Of a stretch of 64,000 nucleotides of DNA, positions 1 to 13,563 are shown piece after piece. Source of the DNA: Macrostomum lignano. Its lineage: Eukaryota. Position numbers and translations under genes: made by a program. The notes below the pieces were generated by a model. That model did not search any database. It worked only from the letters and a program-made list of their open reading frames with translations, and was not told where the DNA came from. The DNA is taken from the NCBI GenBank assembly GCA_002269645.1, contig NIVC01002127.1:1-64000 (forward strand). Reading direction: 5' to 3'. Positions within the stretch are counted from its first letter, which is position 1; every line of letters begins with the position of its first letter.

Positions 1-3000
1 TAGATTGACGTGGCGCCGTCGCCAAAGAAACAATGAGAGATCTGTCTATAAAATGATTTGTTAAAATTTGTTTATATTCGAAACAGAAATTTGAATCGAA
101 CTTCAATTAGATAAAAGAAATTTGCTAATTATAGTTCTCACAGCAAGGCGTTGTTCCGAAATTTGTTATAACTGCTCAGCGTGATGATTCCACCCCAACC
201 GCTTGATAGGGAGAAAAATACCTGCGCAGATTGTTAATGAAAAGCATAATTTTAGGTCTAATATCCTGATGTAGATTAGGACCTATAGGCGTCGCATTTT
301 TTACGTAGAAGTAACAATTAAGAAGTTCAGGTTCAAATCGGCTAGGTTCTTTCCGTTCAGAAGGATACCACGGATACGTACTGGCACACGCTCACACAAG
401 GTGTACAGCAAACCTGACTTCCTCATTAGTCAGGCTCTGTGATTTTACGGGTTGACCCTCATGAGCATGAATTGCAGGACAAGCCGATCGCTAACTAAAG
501 ATCCGTGCTCGAGCCCCAAAAGTACTGTAGCTGCAGTCTGCGGAAGGGAACTCCTGTCAGGTACTTTGGTGAGGGATTCAGTGACTCTCCGCGTCTTCAA
601 GCTTCTCTGCTCAAGCCTCTACGACTCTTTAGCAATGCGTAGCCGAACAAATTTAGCTGTCAACAAAATTCACCTGCATCGCCGCGTCGCCCAAACGTTT
701 GCGTCGGCCAGCCTTTTGGTATGAAAAATAAGTCAAACCGTCGGAGCTGCCTTTCCAGAGTGAGTCCACGAATTAGCAGAACCGTGAGCACTAGGTACGG
801 GAATATACCCGTGAAGTACACGGCCTGCAGGTGATGAAAAATTGATGCAAAATTGGAGACTATACGATATTAAATGTTCTATTAAAAGATTAAACAGTCA
901 TAAACTTTTAAAAACAAAATATTAAGTACCACGCAGAGAGACGAAAATTTATTCAAAGTTCCTCTGACCTGCTCAAGTCGGTGCATTCTTTTGAGGATTT
1001 GAGGATTTGATTTGAGTTTAAAATCTGTAAAACAGTAAGGATCCAGTAATAAAGGTTTTGTATTTATTACACTATAATATTCATAGTTCACCATCTTTCG
1101 AAGTCGCTACATTGATAATTATATAAGGCACGGATTATCAATAGGATAGATGCAAAAAAACACGCCTGTGTAATAAATTTGATCGAGATAAAAAATCACA
1201 GATCAATTCATCATCCACAGAACATTTTTAGTGACATTGACTGTTGAAATAACAGGGTTGACAGGAGAACATTGGAACTAGACACGATCCAATGTACATG
1301 ATGTAATAGTATTGGCCAAGCAACCTAACTAAACAAAGTACTACGTCGCTATCCGTCGATGTAATGCAAAAGCAAATAAATATGTGTCATCGACGTCTAC
1401 AGACACTGGGGAACTTCGGCCGACAATTGTCTAATATTGTCGAATGGCAAGACCAGTTCACATAGTTATTTATGTTTTCAAACTCAATTCAATTTGCAGC
1501 GTCTACGTAGCAGGCGGAACCTTAGGAGAGGTGATCCTCAACAGGATGTGCAAAGTCTTTGCATCCCGTCTGCCGGGCCCCTTGCCAATGTCGAACTGGC
1601 ACTGGTGAAACTGTGAGCTGCGACAAAACTGAAAGTTCTTCTCTCGGAAATAGTTCACGATATCGCCGGAATCGTTCTCGCACAGGGCCACCAAGTCTAC
1701 TGTCACTCCAGTGCCGGCTGGGAAGCTGGACTCCTGCGACACCAACTTGAAAGTCCAGTTGTCGCACGACTTCTGATAGCCCATTTTCCAGTCGGCATCC
1801 CGGATGGGGCTCGGGACTGGACCGGATTGGGTGCGGATCTCAACCTAGAGCAGAAGGAAGTAAATTTAGCAACGCTTATAAAATACTGGCAGTACAGTAG
1901 TTATTAAAACAAACCACTTTGTAGAGCCTTCATCTCAGAAACGTAAGTTGCATGTTATGCCGTAGAGCCTTTGACCTTTAGAAAGGGAAAATCGATGTCT
2001 AGTCGTAGAGGCTTTGATCCCAGAAACGGAAACTCGATGTCTAGTCGTAGAGGCTTTGATCCAGAAACGGAAACTCGATGTCTAGTCGTAGAAGCTTTGA
2101 TCCAGAAACGGAAACTCGATGTCTAGTCGTAGAGGTTTTAATCCCAGAAACGGAAACTCGATGTCTAGTCGTAGAGGCTTTAATCCCAGAAATGGAAACT
2201 CGATGTCTAGTCGAATAACTTTGACCTTTTGACCCCAGAAACGGAAACTAGACGTCTTGTCCAGTTTTCGAAGAAACTTTGACCCAAAAACGGTATCTAC
2301 AAACCTCATCATAGAATTTTTGACCTCGAAACAAAGATCTGGAAGTTGGACGCCATTTACCTAAGAAATGGCAGTTGAAGATGATCTTGTAGAAGTAGAA
2401 CTTTGGTCCCATTTTTTATGCCTTTTCATAGAATTAAGAACTAAGAATCCGATATAATATTATGACCTAAGAACGGAGTCTAAATCTTTTATGTTAGTAC
2501 AAAGAAGCGAGTTCCCATCACTGAACTCATAAAGACTAAAGACACTTAATTTTTTCGACTATGGTCAACCAAGTCAACTAAACATTACTTCAAGTAGCTA
2601 CCAGCGGAGTATTGAAGTATCAACTAGGTATCTATAGGCGCATGTGGACATAGGAAAAGAAACTTAATTGAGAAATATCACGTGATCCACAGCCAAGTGG
2701 ACCTTCTCGCGAGGTCACTATTACTTGAAAAGAACGATAAAATAGAATAGCTACCGATGAAAAGCTTAAGCAAATATGAAAACACACTGCAGGGTAGCTG
2801 AAGCCAGTAAAGCAAGGTGGAGTAAAAAAAGCTGAAACTATAATTCATATTGTTTTTCTGTTAGGGCATTAATAATTGAATAGGCCAGTTAGGCCAGATT
2901 TGCCATCGACAGCTCAGCCGCAGCTATTACGCGACGCACCTGAAGGCTGCATACGGCTGTTCAGTCGCCACACACACCCTCAATTACCCCCAGCTAATGC

Positions 3001-5487
3001 TGGCACCCATTTTACAGCTGGGTGAACTGAAGCAATGCAGAGTTAAGTGTCTTGCTCAAGGACACAAATTGTTCCAGTGGGATCGGGAATCGAAACCCCG
3101 ACCTTAAGGAGAGTGCTAGTATATGTACCCTAGTTAATCCAAGAAGAACACGACTACCCTGCTGCTTAAGTGATACAACACTCTCATCTTGTGTCCCAGT
3201 TTAATTTTATTGATCAATTAATTACCTGCAAACCGAAGCGCATTGTGTTGCCAACTTTGATATTGTCCACAGCCAGGCACATGTAGCTTCTCGGTCGATA
3301 GAATTTACTAGAAAATTCGGCCTGTTGAGCTCGTGTTGCCAGGGGCACAGTGCTCTGTAGCGATAGGCTTTGGCGATCAAGTCGCCTAGGAGCTTGTTGG
3401 ACTCTTCCGTCTGACTGAGGCTGTAAAAATTAAATTTGGTCTTTGAAAAAACTTTTCTATCTCAGTGGTCCAGCGCGGCGCTCGATTCCAAGTGCAGTGA
3501 CATCAATTTGGGCTAAATTGGAATCTCGGCTTGGCTCTGTTCGTGCAATTCACATCCATGAGGCCAACCCCAAGGCACAGTGAAGTGTACATGCCTAACG
3601 ATAAATAAAGGTAGGGCCGCTGTACACTCTTATGTATGTGCCTGTGCGCATGACTGCCTACGTATCCTCCTCAGAGGAGTCGGCGGAATGGGCAGCAATG
3701 CTTCTCGTCGGTTGTGCGACAATGTCGCTTAAAGTGCGCCAGGGTACGTGTGCACACAGCCCCTGCCTCTAATAAAAAATACTTAGTTCTGGTACCGACC
3801 GTAAAATATGAAAATTAGTCTGACGTCTCTATGTCTCAGTCAGCCCAAGAGGTATTGCAAATGAAAAATCGATAGGCTTGAGTTGACGTAAGAGCTCAAT
3901 CTTATTCTCTTATAACCCTTTCAAAACACCTCGTAGTATTGATTTTATGGCTTTTATGGTTTGCTTGTTGATGAAGCTAAGTTCCTAAGACGAACTTTCA
4001 GTTGCAGAGTTAAAACCGAGTCTTCACCTCGATGACTCCAGCTCCCAGAGTTGTTTAGCCGACATCATCGGGAATCGAATCATTGGCAGCATCTCGACGA
4101 CGTATCGTTGAAATCTGTCGCCAACGCCCAGCCATGGCAGTAGCAGCTGTCGCAGTACAGCGTATTCGTCTTCTATCACCAGCTTGCCTGTGTGCAACAG
4201 GTCCCGGACGAAATCGGGACCAACCTCGAGAAACTCGTCCAGCTCGACAGCCTGTTTAGCATTCCAGCAGACGGTGTTAAAGCAGGTGGCTGCCAGTTTA
4301 TCCAGCTGCAGGTGTTTCGCCCAGGGATACCATAAAACGGCGTTGCGTATGTTTGGTGCTGGGCATTTTCCGTCATGAATTGCTCCGTCTGTTGTCTCAA
4401 CGACCACACCTGGTACTTGTCGGCTAGGCGTAGTAGGCCTGTGTTGGTGGAAGGAAAGATTTTCTATAGTTTACGGATGCGTTGTAAGTACATGTATGTA
4501 AGCATGGGTAGGCAGTTTAGTAGGTTAGGGAGGTAGGCTGAAAGATTGATAATAGACTTTGGTTTGTATCTGTTAGTAGGTTGTTAGATCGCACTGTAAT
4601 GTTATGCTGGTAGGTTGTTAAGTTAGTCGGAAGGCATTAATTAGATTGGTAAGTTAAGGTGTATGCGCAGAGTTGTGAATAAAGTAAAATAGTTTAGAGA
4701 TATAAAAATGTAGGAAGCTTAAAACAAAGAAAGTACATGCATATAAGGCCAATGCACTGATGTTCACTTTTTAACATTCAGAGGAATGATGTGTAGAAAA
4801 GTTAAAAATTGGGGAACTGTGGTCAGAGAACCTGACTGAATAGACTGAAACGCTACTTCAGGAGGCCTATATATAAGCCATGCACTAGCCAACAAATTTG
4901 CTTCTGTTGAGCGGAACTTCATAACACAACAGATGCAGTTAATTGAGTTCGTGTACGTCGGAGTTTCTGGGTTTGGGGTACCTGAAAGACTTCAGGTACT
5001 GAACGGAAGTAGGGAAAGCAACGACTTTATTGCATATCACACTCACCAATCGCCGTAGCCCTGTTAATAAAAACTCGACCAGCGTACAGGAAGCGCAAGA
5101 AATGCTCAAAGCACTGAAAACAGGCATCATCTTCGACCAGCTCGCACAGGCTTCTTTCAGCGGCGAAGTTGGACGAAGCGGACACGGACGGGGCCGGCCA
5201 GTTCGCGCTGTACAGAATCGTCCGGAAGAACTCGGACGACTTCGCTAGGACGAATTTGTGAGCGTGAAATTCTCGTTGCCGGAGCTGTGCAAATTGTCCG
5301 CCATTTTCGTTGCAATCTTCAGCTTCTTCCGAGCTCAGATCGTCCTCTTCTGAACGTCGAACAATGAGTAATAAATCACTGAGCTCTGACGAGTTGCAGT
5401 ACTGACAAATGTCCGAGACGAATCCTTCGGTGTCCGAGAGCTCCTCGCCGCTGTCGGTCCCAATGTCTGGTTTTGCCTGCAGCTTTA

Positions 5488-5540
<53 letters not shown>

Positions 5541-8500
5541 CTTTGCTGCATCACCGCCTTAGAGCTTCTATTAGAGTTGAATTCAATGCTAAGCGCATTC
5601 AATGGAGCTCTTCTGACAAATCCAGAGTGCTTTATTCGCCCCCTGTTTTTCCTGCAACTCTTGCTAGCAGCTGCAGGTAAATTAATTTTCTGCGCGCTCG
5701 TTTTACATTTTCAGGTTGGACGGCTTTTAGTCATGCGTGCAATCCGAAGCGCTTTTACGACTTTCTCTCATTCATTCTGGTACGAGCCGCGCACTACTAC
5801 CGTTCTTTGCTTCTTTCTGTCTCTATATTCCGTACTCTACTGTATTCTCTGCATATAGCCTAAAGCTACCCAAAATGATGAAACCCATGCGTTGCTTGTA
5901 TAATCTCGAGTTCAAGCCCCAGTTCTCACAATAGACACGCAGTGTTTGTTGGCACTCGGTTTACTTGCGTTTTGATTTCTATTCTGTACAAGAGAATTCT
6001 ATATTCGGCTTGCGCGAACCGTGCTGGGCTTTGCGTGGGATTGCAATGCTGGCCAAAAAACTTGGCTAGAGCACAAGTACCTCACTTTTGACGTGGAAGG
6101 AATTTCGAATAGTTTTCGATATTTATCTGACTGAATTGTTTTAAGTAAATTACAAAGGTACAAATTAAGTTATTCCATGGGTTTTTAAAATGCTTGTAAA
6201 GTTTAATTATTGATCAATGAATTTGATGAATTAAAAAATAATAATTGATTACACCTGCCCCAAATGGGCAGATGTGCAACCAACAGCTCAGCCGCAGCTA
6301 TTGCGCGGCGCATCTGAAGGCTGCGTACGGCTGTTCAGTCCAAGGACTGGGGGGTAGCCACACATACCCTCAATTACCCCAGCTAATGCTGGCACCCATT
6401 TTACAGCTGGGTGAACTGAAGCAATGCAGAGTTAAGTGTCTTGCTCAAGGACACAAATTGTTCCAGTGGGATCGGGAATCGAACCCCCGACCTTCAAGTC
6501 GTGAGACCGACGCTCAAACCACTAAGCTGCAACCCCCTGGATTAATAATTAATGATGAGTTAGTAATGAGGCAGTTACATGTAAATGAAATAATCATTTA
6601 GTATAATTTGATAATCATTCAGTAGAATCTGATAATCATTCAGTAGAATCTGACAAACATTAAAAGTAATTTATCGTTAGAATAAAGCTGATTATAAAAA
6701 AGTATGTTTAGATATATATTCTCTAAAATCACCACCAGTTTCATTTAGATATCTGTTGAAACATGTGAAGACCTAATGAGCTTACCGTGAGTGAATCAGA
6801 CTGTTCCATTCAGCGCTTGGATACTATAGTATGGTAGAATAATGTTTTTGCTAGTAGTTTATCACAAATAGTAGCAAAAAATGCTTAACGAATGCTTTAC
6901 ATACAGTTTATCGTTTTGTCAATGGTTAACAACTACTCATGTCTACTATTAGGTCAATCACTGGAACAGTAACGTTTGTTAAACTTCGGCCATGCCAACA
7001 CAATCTATCAATCATTGTTGGCTACATGTAACTCTTATTTGCAGAGGGTCGCCATCACAGATCCGAAATACATGTACATGTATCACAAACCGAAATATTA
7101 CAAACCGAAATATCCCAAACCCGAAATATAACAAACCCGAAATATCACAAACCCGAAATTTCCCAAACCCGAAATTTCCCAAACCCGAAATTTCACAAAC
7201 CCGAAATTTCCCAAACCCGAAATTTCCCAAACCCGAAACATCACAAACCCGAAATTTCCCAAACCCGAAACATCACAAACCCGAAATATCACAAACCCGA
7301 ACTATCCCAAACCCGAAATACAACAAACCCGAAATATAACAAACCTGAAAAATCACAAACCCGAAAAATCACAAACCCGAAAAATCACAAACCCGAAACA
7401 TCACAAACCCGAAAAATCACAAACCCGAAAAAGCACAAACCCGAAACATCACAAACCCGAAATATCCCAAACCCGAAACATAACATACCCGAAATATCCC
7501 AAACCCGAAATATCACAAACCCCAAATATCCCAAACCCTAAATATCCCAAACCCGAAATATAACAAACCCCAAATATCATAAACCCCAAATATCCCAAAC
7601 CTGAAATATAACAAACCCGAAATATCACCGAAATATCACCCAAAATATATATATGTTTGTGATGCCACCCCTTAGCAGATTAATAAGCAATGCAATACTC
7701 ACCTTACCAGCCGATTTAATGCCGCGAATCAGGCATATGACAACCACAATCCACGCTAGCAGCAGACAGACCACCAACTCCCATTTCGGTAGCCCCATAT
7801 TGTGGAAACCGTTCGATATGGACAGAACAAAATTGCTGAAATAAGAGTTTTAATATAGATGGAGTTCGTGCAGTTAATGAGAATCCTCAGGCCCTGTTAA
7901 CGGTCTTATCAGCACTCAACTGACACATTTATCACTTTTCTGAACTTTAGAATTCATCATATGATTCATCATATCATCAAAATGCCGACTTGCTTGCCAA
8001 GCTTCATCGACAGAATTTCTGAAACAGCTGCTTCTTTAATCGACCTTGCACAAAGCACAATTTTTGCTTAATCAAGCAATTTGGAAGTTTCGATAGACGT
8101 TGAGAACTGTGGATGATTTTGTGCAAATAAAACTAAAAAACTAGTCCTAGATCTTCATGCATTGCGTTAATGCATTTTGCAGCAAAGACAACCGCCCCGA
8201 TGTGTCATGGCACGAGAATCAGACGCGTGTACAGCTGAGCTGTTGCGGCATTTGCAGGATACTCACTGAAAGTACTCGTCGCTGGAGGTCTTGGGCGCGG
8301 GCACCGAGCCCAGAAAGTTATGCAGCAGGCTGGTATTCGTGGAGTTCAATGTCGTGGCTTCGTCGTAGAACGTCGACAAAGCGGGACCGTCGGGCGTGTC
8401 GTTTCCAGGAAACGGCCTCATGGCCCCATCCGAAGACTCCATCACCCAGCTGGCGTTGTTGGGCAGCAGGCAGCTATGGTTCAGAGCGAAGGCGAAGAAC

Positions 8501-11423
8501 CCGCCCTGACGCCTGCACCGATTTCGCTCCGACAAGGTGCGAATGTGCACGCAGTCGCCGGTGTTCCAGCTGGAGCTGCAGGTGGTCCAGGGCAGGTCGC
8601 CAGTCACTGAGCTGATGCTCTGCCAGAAGTAGAACATCGTCCAAGCGATCAGCATGTTGTAGTAGATGCTGCCGCAAAATGTGATGATAATCATCGACCA
8701 ACCGATGCCTGTTTTGTAAAAATGAGGGAAATTGTTGGAGTGCGTTACTGTTGTATATACAGTTCGGTTGACTTGCATAAAATTAGTAGATTGTGTTTTC
8801 TTAATGTTTAATGTAGTTAGGAATTTTAGTAAATATCCAGGGCGAACACAACGAGTCCTGAGAGGTTGCACGGGAGTGGGGAGTGAGTTGTCCACGTGAA
8901 TCATCATGTGATTGTGAGAGATGTCCATGAGAATCAGCAGGTGATTGTGAGAGATGTCCATGAGAATCAGCAGGTGATTGTGAGAGATGTCCATGAGAAT
9001 CAGCAGGTGATTGTGAGAGATGTCCATGAGAATCACCAGGTGATTGTGAGAGATGTTCACGAGAATCAGCAGGTGATTGGAGAGATGTCCATGAGAATTA
9101 CCAGGTGATTGTGAGAGATGTCCATGAGAATCACCAGGTGATTGTGAGAGATGTCCATGAGAATCACCAGGTGATTGTGAGAGATGTCCATGAGAATCAG
9201 CAGGTGATTGTGTGAGAGATGTCCACGAGAATCAGCAGGTGATTGGAGAGATGTCCACGAGAATCAGCAGGTGATTGTGAGAGATGTCCACGAGAATCAG
9301 CAGGTGGTTGTCAGAGATGTCCACGAGAATCAGCAGGTGATTGTGAGAGAAGTCCACGGGAATCAGCAGGTGATTGTGAGAGATGTCCACGAGAATCAGC
9401 AGGTGATTGGAGAGATGTCCACGAGAATCAGCAGGTGATTGTGAGAGATGTCCACGAGAATCAGCAGGTGGTTGTCAGAGATGTCCACGAGAATCAGCAG
9501 GTGATTGTGAGAGATGTCCACGAGAATCAGCAGGTGGTTGTCAGAGATGTCCACGAGAATCAGCAGGTGATTGTGAGAGAAGTCCACGGGAATCAGCAGG
9601 TGATTGTGAGAGATGTCCACGAGAATCTGTGAGAAAATAACATCGGTCATGAATATTTTTAATGCAAAAGTTAATGTTATGTAAAATGTTTAAGGTCAAG
9701 CAGCAACAATAATTTTGTTTTGGCCGCAAGTAAAAGAACCAAAAGAAAGAGTTGGAGCCTGAGTCCGGCTTGTTATCAAGTAGGATGAGGCATGGAGGTG
9801 AGTATACCTCGTACTAGGGTTGGCGAAAAGAAACTGCTATCACATACGAGCTACCTGCTCAAACATATTAGCGCGGGTAATAGAAAACCCAGCAGAGTTA
9901 AAGCATTCAAGCTTAACAATAAATGCTTCATTTTTGGCTCTCGCGTTCAAGAGACACACCCCCAAAAACACTTAGGCACATTAGCTATGCATATAGAAGC
10001 TGTACCTCTGGGTGTGCATCTTGCTTTTTATTGTTGAACTCGGCAGAAAATTCCAACTCAACTTGATGCAAAACAACTATATTGAGAGGAGAGCACGTGA
10101 CCCTTGAGTTCGCCAGAGTTGGTTTCGCTTTTTGAGTGCGGCCGACCTAAGATATAGCGGTGCCAAACTACATGTAAAAGACAGGGACACCCATGGAAGA
10201 TAGGGACACCCACCTAAGAGACAGGGACACCCACCTAAGAGACAGGGACACCCACCTAAGAGACAGGGACACCCACCTGAGAGACAGGGACACCCACCTA
10301 AGAGACAGGGACACCCACCTAAGAGACAGGAACATCCAGAAGACAGGGACACCCACCCAACAAGAGACAGTGGCGCCCACCAAGAGAGCCACTGTGTTTT
10401 CCCCGGAACCCACTTATGGCATAAAATGCATGTTGGTATCATATTTTATTGACTTCTATAAGTTTATTCTCACCTGTAAACAGAGGGCTAGCCTTCCACA
10501 CGGTGATTGGTCCTGTAGCTGAGTACTGTCCAAAGCAGGTCTCCATGTAGAGCAATGGAATGCCCACGGTGAGCAGCATGATGAGGAACGGTAGAAGGAA
10601 CGCGCCGCCGCCATTCTGCCATAAAGATTTGGGCAACATTTTTACAATTATTTCTTCTGCATTAGACTACTCTCGATCATATTTTCCACTTAGATCCGAT
10701 GTACTACACGAAATTGCTTTTAGAGGCTCTCTGTATTCGACATTCATGCTAATTAAGACGCGCGTGCCTAGTTCGAGGACTTCTGAACTTTTTAACGGTA
10801 CGTTTTTTTCAGAGAAAGTAGACAATTCGACAAAGAAAATTTTACGATCGAAATATACAGGTAATTCCTAGAAATTTCCCGTGTAGCTGAACCTCACTCT
10901 GTTATTCACGGTAACACTAATTATCCAGGTGTAGCTGAACCCTCACTCTGTTATCTTCACCAATTATCCAGGTGTAGCTGAACCTCACTCTGTTATCTTC
11001 ACTAATTATCCAGGTGTAGCTGAACCTCACTCTGTTATCTTCACTAATTATCCAGGTGTAATGTAACTGAACCCTTACTCTGTTATCTACGCGGTAAACC
11101 CAATTATCCAGGTGTAGCTGAACCTCACTCTGTTATCTTCACTAATTATCCAGGTGTAGCTGGAACCCTACTCAGTTATCTACGAGCTGCATATACATCA
11201 ATTATCCAGGAATAATTAGTCCTCATTCACTTATACTCTGCAGACCAATAATTAATATATGCCTCACCTTGTAGCACAGGTATGGAAATCGCCAAACATT
11301 TCCCAGTCCCACGGCATAGGAGATGCAGGAGAACAGGAATTCTGCTTTACCGCCCCAGGAGTCACGCTTTCGCTCAGCAGTGTCGGCCAGCAGATCTGGT
11401 TGCTGCGTCTCTGGCTGCTGCAT
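1..11423 (-). CDS. SLC6 Na+/Cl--dependent amino-acid transporter (GlyT/ATB0,+-like), paralog A; 3' part runs off the window, distal exons carry indels
   Basis: Exons with AG/GT borders and consistent phases: 11268-11423 ([27 protein letters not shown]), 10474-10615 (NGGGAF..), 8267-8708, 7703-7835, 674-824, 142-221 ([11 protein letters not shown]..), and a partial exon at about 1-42. Exon sizes match paralog B except 674-824 (151 vs 159 nt: 7-nt deletion plus homopolymer indels), the broken partial exon at 1-42, and the 156 vs 159 nt N-terminal exon. Could be a pseudogene or assembly error. Confidence 0.85.
1503..5602 (-). CDS. BTB/POZ-BACK protein, BTBD17-like, with N-terminal polyQ; two apparent single-base deletions
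   Basis: Exons 5047-5602 ([22 protein letters not shown]), 4028-4438 ([19 protein letters not shown]), 3226-3420 (FYRPRSY) and 1503-1844. Splice phases only join if one base is restored in exon 2 (about 4360) and one in exon 3 (about 3330). Confidence 0.85.
1960..2260. repeat. Minisatellite, 41-42-bp unit
   Basis: cgatgtctagtcgtagaggctttgatcccagaaacggaaact tandem copies. Confidence 0.9.
2909..3105 (-). mobile_element. SINE family A, 5'-truncated copy
   Basis: Near-identical to 6283-6495, lacking the A-box part of the head and a 17-nt segment. Confidence 0.8.
6283..6536 (-). mobile_element. tRNA-derived SINE with CORE-like central domain (family A), with head
   Basis: Head with A box (TTAGTGG) and B box (GGTTCGATTCC), followed by TGTGTCCTTGAGCAAGACACTTAAC..CTGTAAAATGGG, which resembles the MIR/CORE domain. 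Confidence 0.8.
7085..7645. repeat. Minisatellite, 16-bp unit
   Basis: aaacccgaaatatcac variants. Confidence 0.95.
8915..9630. repeat. Minisatellite, 33-bp unit (SLC6-A intron)
   Basis: gtgattgtgagagatgtccacgagaatcagcag; same unit at 19930-20452. Confidence 0.95.
10178..10385. repeat. Minisatellite, 21-bp unit
   Basis: gacagggacacccacctaaga; its reverse complement resembles the 44.3-45.0 kb array. Confidence 0.9.
10880..11205. repeat. Minisatellite, ~42-bp unit
   Basis: ttatccaggtgtagctgaacctcactctgttatcttcactaa. Confidence 0.9.
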
Positions 11424-13563
11424 CTGTTAGTCAGTTAATTTCAATAAGTAAGGAATTATCTATAAATTGCTTTCAATATTTGCATGGAATATCACTTTTA
11501 TCGCAATCAAACGGTGATTCATTTCAACTGATCGCTAAAAAAGTGTCTTTAACGCAGAACTTCATTTTTTGTGCAAAAATTATATTACAATTTATAGCCA
11601 GTACAATTATCCAGAAAACTTTTTGTGAAACTATAAGCTATATCCTATTCATATTTTCGATTATTAATTTGCACCATAGTTTTTTGTTGTATTTTGCATG
11701 TTTTGTGGCTTTACCTAAATGAAGCAATAATAAAATAAATAAATAAGTCTTCTATTTACAGAAAATAAAAGCTTGAACATATTATAAAGAAATTTCTGAC
11801 TTTTTAAGTAAGAACCATAAATTTTTAACCTGAAAAGTGTTATATTATTTAGATTATTTAACTAAAAAATTATAAACCAAAAATATCTCCAAAAGTACCC
11901 AAAGCAAAACTTCTAAGGCGCCTTGAGGAATATCAAATTAAAGCAGGCTAAAATAATTACTTACATTAATCTTTTGGCAACTGAAACATCAATTCAAAAG
12001 TGTTTCGTACATTAAAAAAACAAATTTGCTTAAAATATTACCTCCAATTCATCATTGATTGGAGCAGTAGGTTTGTCACGGAAACTCATGTTTGCTTGCG
12101 AGCTGCCAGAAAATTACAGGTCCTTTTTTTAACCGATTGGAGCAGCTTTGTATCTGAAATCTGCAATGCTCGTAAATTTTCTAGAAAATCGGCTTAAACG
12201 CACAATCAGTTATTTTAGTATCAACGCATGCACAGAGCCAGACTGTAAAACTAAGTCTGCTTTTAATGCATCACGGAGTCGAAAAGCCATTCAGAATCTT
12301 AAATTTTTGTATTTGCTATCGTGAGAAGTGAGTGATATACTTTGAAGCAAAAGAAAAATGTAAATATTACAAATTTTAGCAAGCGGCTGTTTATTTTATC
12401 CGTGCCGTAGTTTAGAATAGATTTTACTATATATTTTGTTATACATGTTGCTTTGCACGGTATAATATTTAGTTGAAATTTTAATTCGTTGACAATATGC
12501 TTTGCACAGTTCCAAATGGTTAATTATAAAATGGTTCCTTTTTTAATATTTTAGAACGGGGTAAACTTATGAACTAAGTTGTAATGAACATATACAAAAA
12601 TATTCCAATAATGATTGTTTTCCCCGCTTCCTTATACGACATTAACAAGCCGTGTGCCCTAAGTATTTGTTATTTTCTTTATTTGATTAAAATAAGTATT
12701 GAAAGCGTTTAGTAACAGAATTAAACGCACAAAAATTCATTCCTGACAATGAGAGGTCTGTCAAAATGTGGGCTTTCTATATATTTGCACAGACACGTAT
12801 ATTTTTGTTTTACACACACTGTGTCACTATATATAAGTGAGAAACACAGCTGTCAGCTGAATAATTTTTGATAAAATACAACACTTTTTATTAACTACTT
12901 GATGCTGAAAGCAGAATAAAATAGAGCGAATGTCTAACAGAGAGAAAACTTAGTAAAATATTTTTGAGAGACAGTACAGCAAAACTACACAACTGTTGCA
13001 CGAACGATTCGGTGGATTTAATGTAATTAAAAAGGGACGACACGATGACCATTTTTAACACTGCTTAATTAAGGCGTATTTGACGAATCTACAAAAAGTA
13101 TATGTTTGATGGGATACTAATTTCCCACACGATAAAAAATAAAAGAATTCCAGCTGACGGCAAGCATGCTGAATTAAATTTGCAAAACAAATAACAGAAA
13201 CCAATGTGTCAAAGCTGAAAAAGCAACAATTAAACCAAGGGTTGTTCACTTTGTTAAAATGATCATTTTTCTGTTTTTTTCATTTTTTCATTTTGTTACT
13301 TGACGTCCAGCAGAGGATCTTGTTGAAATCTCGGCTGTTCTAATTAAAATGAATGAATAGGGTAAAAATTGTGATGCGCTGTCTCGATCGAACTGAACTG
13401 CTTCTACGCGTTTGCCCAAACGAAACTGCGAAAGGAGCAGCAGCAGCAGCAGCTTTGAGTAACGCTGAGCACACGCCGAGATGAACCTAATGATCGAGAG
13501 GACGAGGGAACGCTCTGTTGGGTCCCGTCGATCTCTCGTCAAAGTCCCAACCGGTTCGGATCC

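Noticed and set aside
8157-8701. Plus-strand and alternate-frame ORFs over SLC6 exon 3 (also 19142-19636)
   Set aside because: They are shadows of a GC-rich true exon, duplicated only because the exon is duplicated.
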